From Psammoneis japonica (taxonomy: Eukaryota): 64,000 nt of DNA. The position numbers and the translations under genes are program-made. The notes under the pieces were generated by a model. That model was not told where the DNA came from. It ran no database searches and saw only the letters and a program-made list of their open reading frames with translations. The DNA is taken from assembly GCA_008632985.1 (NCBI GenBank), contig QPGO01000093.1, forward strand, positions 186,001 to 250,000, written 5' to 3'. The number at the start of each line of letters is the position of its first letter. Positions within the stretch are counted from its first letter, which is position 1. Below, piece after piece: positions 13,101 to 23,495 of the stretch.

Positions 13101-14985
13101 CTTTTGGTGGCTCAACCTGCAAGAAAGACAAGGGAGCCATCTGTGTGACAGCACAAGTGCCAAGTTTTCTGGGGACAGGCACAAGAGACTCTGTTGGGTT
13201 CGGGAGGAGGCAACAACAATGGAGAAGCCTTGTCTTGGGTTGATGCAGCCCTTTTTCTTTCTGATGTCATGATTGGCTTGCTTTGGCGGCCCAGCCACCC
13301 CACAAGCAGAGGCAAGGGAGCTTTCTGTGTGTGACAGCACAAGTGCCCAGGCATCTTTTGCTGGCCTTGAGTGACTCCGTTGTGTCCCAGAAGAGCCAAC
13401 AACAACCTTGGTTGGGGAGCAAAGGCCTTGTCAATGTGGCCCCTTTTCTTTTTGACTTGACTGGGGGCTTCTTTGGCCCAGCCAACACACATGTGCAGAG
13501 ACCATGGAGCCATCTGTGTGACAGCGCAAGCAACCAGTTGTCTTGGGATGGCTGTGGGAGACTCCATTGGGTGCCAGGGCATGCAACAACAATCACAGGA
13601 ATTTTGTGCCAGCACATGAGAAATTCATGATTTTTGGCTCCAATGGCTGGAGAGTGGTGCGGGCCCACATTGGCATGGTGAGCAGCAGCTTTGTCATTGT
13701 GGAGGCAGCAGCAGTGCCAACAGTTGCCGGGTTGGGACCATTAGCCAGTGCTGCAGCAGCTGTGGCAGCACAGCCTTGGTTTCTCTGAGAGGGCTCCTCC
13801 TGCTGTGCTCTTGTGGCTGAGATTGAGCTTGAGATTTTCCAGCTCCACCTGCACAGCAAGACTGTGAAAATTTGCATCTTAACAAGAACACATCAACATG
13901 ACAAAAAATGAGAAATTGACCGACTGCCGACACACAAGCAAAAGCTCAATGATTGGATGATCCATCAAGTCATTTCAAATCATTCAAACCTTCAAAACCA
14001 AATGTGAGCATGGAATTTTAAAACAAAATTGTCACTTAAAAAGCGATGCTGAGAGGAATCACCAGGCAGACAGGCTCAACATTGCTGCAAAAACGCAAAC
14101 CATCATTTCCTCACAAGGCACAAAACACAAAACACAAGGCTCGTCAAACATCATGACAATGACATCAGCAGTGAGGGAAGGCAACAACAGAAGAAGAGCA
14201 CCAGGGGGAGGAGGACAGTGCAGAACACAAGGCAAGAGAGAGACATGAACTGAGTTGGTGAGTGCACAGAGCTTGGGCAACAATGGAAGTGACTTGTGCT
14301 TTTGCCAATCTTTCCACTCAGACATGATGTTGACAACATGCCAGGGGAGCCAGAAGGGAAGGCAGCCCTGCAGGGGCCACTCAAAGGTGAACAGAAACAG
14401 CGTTTGCACCAAGCACATTCAAAACAATGCAAACGCAATGCTCTCATCTGCTGCATGCTCTTTTCTCTTCTTTGCAGGCGATGCTTTGGCAAACTGGTGT
14501 GAAGCACAAAAGAGACATGGTCACATGCAAAGGTGAGCACAAGTGCTGTTTTTGCCAAGCCAAGCCCATTCAAAATAAAGCACACGCAATGCTCTGAACT
14601 GTTGTGAGCTCTTTTCTCTTCTTTGCGGGCAAAGCTTTGGCAATCTGGCATGACAAGCAAAAGAGACAAGGTCATGACATGGAACAAATGACAGGATTGT
14701 GCATGGTGACCGAGAGCGGCTACAAGGGGCAGCACAATGAGCGAAACATCATGCCGCCACAGCGGCGTGGGAGAGCTGGCAGGAGACAGGACAAAGCCAA
14801 GGAGGGAGGAGCAGGAAACTGGAAGCAAAAACATGTTCACTGCAGAAATGACAAAACACAGCCAGCAAAATCACATTGCAAGCAACACACAACCAGCGCA
14901 CAAGCATCTTAATGAGATGAATGAATTTCGTCATTGTCAGAAATGAGTGATGTCACAAAGCAGCCACAGCTGCACCCTTGTTGAG
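10120..14985. repeat. ~4.9 kb imperfect palindrome (foldback-like), arms ~2.3-2.5 kb, spacer ~12610-12680
   Basis: Mirror ORFs on opposite strands (12463-12834+ and 12455-12826- share their N- and C-termini, 11673+ vs 12807-, 10683+ vs 14059-). 10120-10275 matches the reverse complement of ~14820-14985. Confidence 0.92.
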
Positions 14986-15397
14986 AAGTTTCATTGACAA
15001 CCATTTCCAACTTGGAAGGTCACATTAATTGTGAACGTGAGCTGAATCATTTCAAAATGATTGTGGCCACAATCTTGCCAAGATTGAACACAGAATTAGA
15101 GCCATTTTCATCAAGCATCAAATCCCGCTTGGAGTGTTGAAATGACTGTTAAAATTGCTTCGCACATGATTGACAAGCAGCTGTTAAGAACACAGGATTC
15201 TCAACAAGCAAGTGCAAGTTCTGGGCTGAACAAGAGCCACAACGTTTTCCAGATGTGCCACACAGATGGTTCCCTCATCTTTGCAGGTTGGTTGGCTGGG
15301 CACCAAACCCAGTCATGTCAGAAAGACATGGTGCTGCATTGACACAAGACAAGGCCTTTGCTTCCCAGCCATTGTTGTTGTTGTTGTTGTTGTGCAT

Positions 15398-15839
15398 CAT
15401 GCATGCAGACAAAAGGTTGTTTTTGTCACGCCCTTTGTGACATTTAAAGGCTGCAACACGTCGCCATGACACATTGGCTCTTGTTGGCAGCTGTGTGCTG
15501 CACTCCTCCCCATGCATCACGCGTCCATGCGGCTCTTTGCTGATGTGTGCTGACACTGCACGGTTTTGGCGGAACAGTGTGGGTGCGCACGAAGGAACAC
15601 ACAGAACTGCACAGAGTTTTGCGTGCTCGACAGTGATCAACGTTGCTGCAGACAACTCCCACTCAGGGTTTCAAACCCCTGGCCTCCTGCCTGATGGTTG
15701 CGATGAACCACTCCGCTGTGAATTCACAACGCAGCATGCATGCAGACAAAAGGTTGTTTTTGTCATGCCTTTTGTGACATTTAAAGGCTGCAACACGTCG
15801 CCGTGATGCGTTGGCTCTCATCAGCAGCTGTGTGCTGCA
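15398..15839 (+). repeat. Two ~105 bp direct repeats (15398-15501, 15735-15839)
   Basis: GCATGCAGACAAAAGGTTGTTTTTGTCA...GACATTTAAAGGCTGCAACACGTCGCC...GCAGCTGTGTGCTGCA occurs twice. Confidence 0.85.
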
Positions 15840-15977
15840 GTTGTTGTCAAACACCCAATGAGGACAGAGTGAATTGCAACAGAGGCACGCCACTGTTGTT
15901 GTTGTTGGATGTTGGATCAAAGGATGAGTTGCACAGTGTCCAGCAGGAAAAAGGACAAATGCAGCAGAGAAACAGAG

Positions 15978-16185
15978 CAAAACAAAGGCAGAGAGCTGAC
16001 AAATGGAAGAAAAGGGAACAAATGAAGCTGTTCTTGAGAAGTTTGAAATGAGGACAAAATGAGCCACACAGGCAACTCGTCAAACAAAGGCAGAGATCTG
16101 ACAAATGGAGGGAAAGGGAACAAATGATGAAGCTGTTCTTAACAGGTTTAAAATGAGGACAAAATGAGCTGTGCAGGTGACCTGC
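15978..16185 (+). repeat. Tandem ~105 bp repeat, with a partial third copy at ~17393-17440
   Basis: AAACAAAGGCAGAGA-CTGACAAATGGA...GAAGCTGTTCTT...AAATGAGGACAAAATGAGC is repeated. Confidence 0.85.
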
Positions 16186-18601
16186 CATGATGCTTTTGGG
16201 CCACATCCACCTGACCACAGCTGTGGTTTTTGACAAAAATGCTCGTGACCCATGAAATCAATTTTTCTTCTTTCCAAACAAACACAGGCATGCTGCACAG
16301 CGCGAATTGACGCTGGGGTCAGTTGTGATGGTGTGGCAACATTTGGCACCAAGAAGTGAGAGAAACACATTGAGAGCATGCCAAAGCCTTGCTGTGATCA
16401 CAAGGTGCAGGTCCCAAAGAAAGGTGTCTTTGCTCAATGCCTTTGATCATCATCTGCATCCCACATGACATCAAATGCTTTGAAGGTCAAAAGTGAAGTG
16501 CGCTGTGCAGGTGCCCATGACTTGGACAATGCACTCGACAAAGATGGCATGGAAAGGCGCAAGCTGTTTCTTTGGCAGCGCTTTCCTTGTTAAAATAAAA
16601 ACAAGCATGGCAGCCCTTGCTTGTCATGATCATTTGCAACAATCAAATTGACTCAATGTTCATGTTGTCAAATCATCCAAAAAATTTGATCAATGGCTCT
16701 CAAACGCCTCCCTCCTTCGTGACCAAATGAGGAGATCCTGGGCAGTTGTCAGGTGTCAAAAATCCACACAAGTTCCTGAGGAGCCATGAGCAGTTGGACC
16801 TTGGCTCCTGTGAATCTGCGAGCTCCAACCAAATTGATTGGCAGCACAGCTCAAATTGTTCACTTTGTCTGCAAAGAGGTGTTTTCAAGCAGTCGACGCT
16901 TCTAAAACTGGGGCTGAGCTGCAGAAAGTGCTGCCAGCAACAGGCAAATGACAACAGCTGGCTGGAGCCCTTCTGTCAGACACCCATTTTTGTCATTTTG
17001 CATGCATGGAATGATGTGCACTTTGTCAACAATGTGGGTTGAACACCCCACAACAGTCCAGGAAGCACCCGCCACAGAGAAGGGTGCTGAGTGTGAGCAA
17101 CGGCAAGAGTCAACAAGCACAGTCAGCGCCACTTTTAACAACAAAAGTTGATTTGATCCAGGGCTTGGTGAGTGCACAGGCAGTTCTCTCTGCTGGGCTC
17201 CAAGCACTGGAAATCATTGCTGTGGTGATGAGAGCAGCTTTGTCAAAAAGCAATTTGACAGAGTGGCGGCACAAGCCAGCGCTTTCAACAGCTGGCTGTG
17301 ACTGGGAGCTGCACACCACGACTGCAAGGAGATGCAACATGCCATGACAGATTGAATTGGCAAACTCTGGCATGCAGAGAAAACACTCGTGTGAGCCACA
17401 CAGGCAACTCAAACAAAGGCAGAGATCTGACAAATGAAAAAAAAAGCAAGCGAAGCTGGCTCAAAATGTTGGCAAAACAAGCCACACAGGCAACTTAAAA
17501 TGAGCAAAAAAGATTTGATCATTTGTGACTTGAAAACCATCGAGAAACAAAATCAATGTCCATGTAAATTGAAGATCTGTGGAGACAATCAGCGCAAATG
17601 TGCAAACCCCAATTGTTGACAAGCGACACTCTGGTCAAGCACGGAAACATGTCACGTTGCAGACACATCATTGTGGCCAGTGGTGGTGCAGCAGACAGGC
17701 TGCTGTGTTTTAAAAACTAAAACAACTCTTGAATTGCAACACATGACGGGGATCGACACAGCGTCATCAACAACGTCCAACGTTGCGTTGTTGAGAAATC
17801 AGTGTTGACTTTGGCGCAACCGCACCTGAAAGTAGTACATGCATGCTGCACGTAGACAGTAAGATAAGAAAACACACATCCGTTGTTCGTCCATCTGTCC
17901 TATTTTCGCGCGCAGGACAATAAATGTGTGAAATGACTGTCCAACGAGTCGTTCGTGTGTCGTATTGTCTGAAATGTGTCATTTTCATTAACACTTTTTA
18001 AAAACATTTAACAAGAATTTATTTATGAGAAATGACTGCAAAACGAGAAACTTTTGTGTCCTAGCTTTTCAGACGAGAGAAGATTGCAATACGACCGACG
18101 ATGATGGATTCCTACCAATCACACCGCACCTTTGTGCGATGCTTAGTCCCGCCATGCAAACAATTAACAATGATAACCCCTCGATTTGATCTCTACCGTT
18201 TTCTGCAATGGATAAATGATCGAAGAATCATCCTGTCAAGAACCTACAAAATGAAAAGCACGAGCGAGAGACAACAACTACTACTACAAGACCAATTATT
18301 GGGAACGGTAAGCTGAAGTTCTTCATTGGATCTTTATGATGAAATACTGTCATGGTAGTGCCCAGAGCAGTGTATTGGATATGGATACTGAATGGCGACG
18401 GACGCTGTCGAGCTAATGCATCCTCTTGTACTATCCCAACAGATTCCTCGTTCGTCTCACTTATTTCGCTCAATTTTGCACAGACTGATTTCAAGAACAA
18501 GTAAAACACCAGCATCCTGACTTTGGGCTGACGACAAGCACAGCAATAATAACAAGAAAAACTGACTGGCGACAATACGAGGCACCAAGAGTACAACAAG
18601 G

Positions 18602-21600
18602 ATGAATCTCCTTTTCGGAACATCCTTTCTATTTCTCAACCTACTTGTCTCAGAAACGACAAGTGCCATTCGTAATTTGAAACCCTCTGAGGACACCAGC
18701 GATCCCCACAGCAAGAAAAAGCCGTTCTCTACGGTGAGTTTTCATCTACGATAGCTTTATACAACAGTTGCGTTGAATTCGTCGCCACTCATCGGTCTCC
18801 GCTTTTGATTGTCAGCATGTGGTTCCGTACGAAGACGCAGACACTATGGAGGAAGATCAGGACCCTTCGGTCGGAGCACGACGTGCCAGTATTTCGAAGG
18901 GAATTGTGTCAAGGACGCAGTTGCCGGCCCTGAATCGGAATCCACCCCACAGAGTGACTATGCAAGTGGAAGGAAACTACGCGTATCTCGGCATTTATGG
19001 ATCCAACAAAGTGCTGATCTACGACATCTCGGGTCAGCATGCGGCCAATTATATTGCGTCAGTCGACACGTGCTTTGGGAGGAACATTCATGACCTGTGG
19101 GTTTCTGGCACGCACTTGTGGACATCTCACCGATTTGGTGGAATCACAATGATTGACATTTCTGATCCCACAAATCCAGTGACCCCGCCAAAATGCTTTT
19201 CGGAAACATACAACCACAAGGGTCTAATCTCAGAGGGAAATTACCTCTTCTACTCCGGGTATTATCTCTCAATCTACCAGATAACGGGTAATTCTTTGCG
19301 TCTGGTTTCACGAAGCTCTCGCATTCCTTCCGACGGCTGGGAGTTGGTTGTGAACGGAAACTATGCATACGTGGCATCCGAAAATGCTCTTGGTGCTCCC
19401 GTCCACATATACGATATATCTAACAAGGCGAAAGCTCCTTCTCTGGTCAGAACTTTTAGTTCAGCAAGAGGAAAGTATCCTCCACTTGAAATGATTGTCT
19501 CCCGCGATCAAAAGAGACTTTATGCATTGGAAAGGAATACAACGGGGTATGGGGAAGGATTCGATATCTACGACATCGACGGTGCAAACGCTGCCAATCC
19601 TCAACGCCTTGGCAGTGTCACTAGCCAACCGCTTGCGTTTCATATTGCACTTGATGACGAGAAAATTATTCTTTACGTCCAAAACCACTGGACGAGTGCA
19701 AAAATCAGTGCCTATGATGTGCAAGATGCCACCTCGCCGAGATTGATAGAGTCATACGACCTCCCACAGACCACCTGGGATGCTGGAAGAGGCCGCATAG
19801 GATACCAAAATGGCGACTTGTGGTACTCTAACGGATATGTCTACACAGTGAACGGAAATGATCTTGTCGTTCTCCAAGCTCTCGGAACTGGAACAAAGAA
19901 GATCAAGGTCTCACTCGAAAAGGCAAGTGGAAAGAAGCTTGATATCTCTGAACTCGGGCCGCCCGGCCAGTCCATCGGCGACATTGAAGAGATTGAAATC
20001 AATGTGGCCCGTGGAGGACCTTTCAAGAGGATCAAAAAGTTGCCCGGAAGTCGCAGTACGAGCACCTACTGGGTAGGCGAAGGTAAAAAGGGTGAGGCGA
20101 TGAACCTCGTGCGCACCAAGGGCCGAAAGGGACTCCATGATGTCCTGGTTGGCTCCTTTGTCGACCCTCAGGATCACGTGGTGCACCAGATTAGGCAAGA
20201 CGCAGATGGTGATACTATAATGGTCTCCACGCCGACTGCGTACTTTCCTCCCGAGACGTGTATTGCCGTGGGTTCCAGTAGAGCTCTTCTGCCAGACATG
20301 GAAAGGCTCCGGGGCGCTGAAGCTCTCGATCGCCAGCTCTCATATACTCCGATCATTCGTGTGCTTGTAACTTGGACACAGGCAGCCGAATGCAAGGCTT
20401 CGTCCCTGCCAATAGACTGCATTGTCACTGATGCTACCCACACAACAATGGAGGGTTTGGCGAAGCTGGCCATCGAGGAAACAAACACTGCCTTTGATAC
20501 GTCCTTTGTCGACGCCGAGCTTGAACTTGCCTTTGCCTACCGTGATCCGGACAATTACGTCGAGTATGGTGGTGATAATACATATGTAAACGCCCTTCGG
20601 GATCTCACTGAAGAAACGGATACATATTTGAATGATGCGCATGCCAAGCGCCGTGAATATGGAGCAGACGCAGTTGTTCTTTTGATTCATGACTGGACAT
20701 CTTGTGGGCGTGCCCATGTTCAACATAACGCCCCCATTCCGAAGTTTATGTTTTCAGTGACCTTTTGGTTTTGTTCGACAGGATATTACTCTTTTGGTCA
20801 TGAGCTTGGTAAGTACACCGTTCCCGACAAAAAGGCAGTCCTTTCTATTACTAACATCTTTCATCTTTGCTTTGTGTGGATATATCAGCACACAACACGG
20901 TAAGAGCTTTGAACTTGCTGATATCTTGCACCAATTTACTTTAGCATTCACTATTCACTTGCTCATTTGTCTCTGAAGGGGTGTCGGCACGATCGCGGAA
21001 CCGAGAACGAATGCGATGTGGAAGAGTTTCCTAATTACAACTACGGGTACCGTGACAAGGGAGGCGAGTTCCGATCAATCATGGCGTATGAGTGCACCAC
21101 AACTGAATGCGATAGAAACCCAAGCAATAGTTGTGGCAGGGTTCAAAGGTTTTCTCATCCTGGAGACTACATCGTCGGGGGAGTGAATCGCGGACCTATC
21201 GGCGATGCGCACAATGACTGCGCTCGCCGACTCAATGACGTGGCTAGAGCCGTCTCCAACTTTTATGGCACCAAAAGGCTGATCTCGGTAAATGGATCCC
21301 TCTATGTGAAGGAGCTTACCGCACCTTCTCCAAATGTGGGGGGTCATGCTGGTATACATTACGAAACCTGGATGCCCATAAACGAACATTTCGCTCTCAT
21401 CGACAACCACCTTGCAGGCATTAAAAAATCCTGGGTGCTATGCGGCGATAGCGGGGTGCGTGCCAAACTTGTTGTCGACTTTTTTTTAGTCACGCCGAAT
21501 CTCCTCCAAGGCAACAGCTACTATCGTTTGTACAAGGGAAGTTCATGCGGCACCAACGAAGTACTAGTCTCAGAGAGCAAATCAAGGAGAGGTATTTATA

Positions 21601-21704
21601 TGAGAACATCGCATTATCTCGACCTTCATCTCAGCAATAATGGAACGGCTGGAGAAACGGATATATGGAGTAGCCATGTTGGGCTATCAATTTCTTGGGA
21701 GTGA
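18602..21704 (+). CDS. Secreted LVIVD-repeat plus metzincin (reprolysin/M12-like) metallopeptidase. Exons 18602-18733, 18816-20808, 20889-20899, 20979-21704
   Basis: Signal peptide MNLLFGTSFLFLNLLV. Repeats such as VEGNYAYL..VLIYDIS, IDISDPTNP, VNGNYAYVA..IYDISN. Spliced zinc motif HELAHNTGCRH and Met-turn FRSIMAY. GT-AG introns keep the frame. Confidence 0.85.
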
Positions 21705-22282
21705 TGTCGACATGTTCCGGTATATTTATTGAGCTCCGCGGAGCCTTTCAGCAGCTGTTCAGCGACACCTTTGGGCCGAAAGACCATGCCTCCAAATTTT
21801 TTCAAACACATATTAGGTTCACATAAATGCTGTGATTTGCATCGCATACTCTACAGTAGCTAGAGAGTAGCTTGGCTTTTTTGTGAAATTTGAAATTTCA
21901 AATTGGGCGAGTGTGCACGGCAGGCACAGCGGCGGGAGTGTGCGCGTCATTGTGCAATTTCGTTCGTGCAGCGCGAAATCGCGCAACAAGAGCAATCGGA
22001 GTCGAATTCCTGTTTTGTGTAGATTCTACAGTAAGCTTGGTACATATTTTTCCGACTGCAACCTGCCTGCTGTCACAGCTACATGCATTACCAGCTGCTA
22101 CGTAGTACGCCCACGTGGTGACGAAATATTTGAAATGTCCAGTTCACAGAGACACACCGTACAGATTTTACACATTCCGAACCCTTTGAATTCTACGTAG
22201 GTTTTGTACCAAGATTGTCGTACAACGTGATCTTACGCACTCCTTTCAAAGATCACATTTTCGCACAAAACTCCCGAATCAC

Positions 22283-22897
22283 ATGACCATGGCTAACGTT
22301 GCGGCCAACGTGGCGTCCCCCCCCTTGCGGAAAGCTGCCTCTAGTAGCGTAAAGGCTGAAAACACTATCCCCAATGGAAGGACATCGTCAGATCGCCTTC
22401 GATCTGACCTGTTTCACAAACTAGGGCTTCCCACTTGCGCTTCCGGAACCACGCACATTTCTCAACGCACCTCTGCACGACCACTCCTGGCAAACGCCCA
22501 AGTGTACAACGAGCCTCTCAAATACGACGCAGGCGAACAAGAACAAGAAAAGCCTCGTCCGCGTAGTTATTCGTGGCACTCGCTGTTTCCGTCTCCTACA
22601 ACCGTCGTGGAAGATCGCACCAAAGACGATCCCAAGCGCCGGAATCGCAAACTCTCGTTTGGATCCCAAGTCGAGGTAGTTCCCATTCCCACTCGACACG
22701 AGTATTCCAATCGTGTGAAGGAACGACTATGGATTACGGCGAGCGAAATGGAGATTGGGGCCTACCGGAACGCCTTGGAGTTTACCGCCGAGGGATGGGA
22801 TTGGAGAACGGCAACCGAGGATGAAGGCATGTACCGGTGCACCCAAACGGGGGAAAAGATTCACCCGGTTCACATTGAACCTCAAATGATTCTTTGA
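22283..22897 (+). CDS. Hypothetical protein (resembles a diatom-type conserved family)
   Basis: 204-aa ATG ORF of normal composition with a motif-like C-terminus (LSF..VEVVPIP.RHEYS...RNALEF.AEGWDWR...IHPVH). Confidence 0.7.
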   Translation: MTMANVAANVASPPLRKAASSSVKAENTIPNGRTSSDRLRSDLFHKLGLPTCASGTTHISQRTSARPLLANAQVYNEPLKYDAGEQEQEKPRPRSYSWHSLFPSPTTVVEDRTKDDPKRRNRKLSFGSQVEVVPIPTRHEYSNRVKERLWITASEMEIGAYRNALEFTAEGWDWRTATEDEGMYRCTQTGEKIHPVHIEPQMIL

Positions 22898-23495
22898 AAA
22901 ACAACGCTAGTTAGAGATTGGGAGGAATCAGTTATTGATTCATTTTGACGAGGCGGTATGGATCTGGGGGATCGTCTAGCCTTCGCACAACAACATCGTT
23001 TGTTCAGTCGGCAGGGAGACTGTTCATGCGTGTTTCACATTTGCTATATACCTACACATTATACATTTTTTGAGCTCTGTGAAGAGCAGAGCACGATACA
23101 TGACTACATGAGAGAATGAAACAACCAAATCACAGTCCATTTTTATGCAACAACGAGAACTTAACTTTTTTAGATACTTTTTTATTCGCACAGAAAGATG
23201 GTACCGGTATTCACTTACGCTCGTCTCTTCCCTACCTCATCATGCCGTCGGAGTAGTGATCAGATATGATGTTCTCAGTCTTCTATCAAAAAGAGGAACA
23301 ATGGCAACGATGCTATTACATACTACCCGGAGTTGGAATGAGAAGGCAGCTCAGGGGGGGGGGGGGAACGCAACTCGTGACTCGGGGAAACTTGCGTACG
23401 ACTATACTGAGTCTCTCGTAGAAGGATCATTCCCGCCTGTGATTGGATGGCGTCAGGCATAGCGTCAGGCAGAGCTTCCAATCTTTCTCACTTGC

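Larger units (their letters stand above)
5700..17750. repeat. Large TpA-depleted repeat/mobile-element graveyard
   Basis: TA nearly absent (none seen by eye between ~11220 and 13740). Contains inverted and tandem repeats and no recognisable intact gene. Confidence 0.8.

Noticed and set aside
11690..13600. CRISPR-like array from recurring TGTCACACAGATGG modules
   Set aside because: Spacing is irregular, intervening sequence is partly homologous, no cas genes are present and the context is eukaryotic.
1..17750. Dense overlapping Cys/His-rich ORFs in all six frames as novel small proteins (also at 52-61 kb)
   Set aside because: Loss of TA removes TAA/TAG stops and Tyr codons, which inflates ORF number and Cys/His content. 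No coherent domains are present.
5700..17750. Classical fungal RIP or simple CpG decay as the explanation
   Set aside because: RIP consumes CpA/TpG and produces TpA, the opposite of what is seen. CpG deamination alone cannot deplete TpA.
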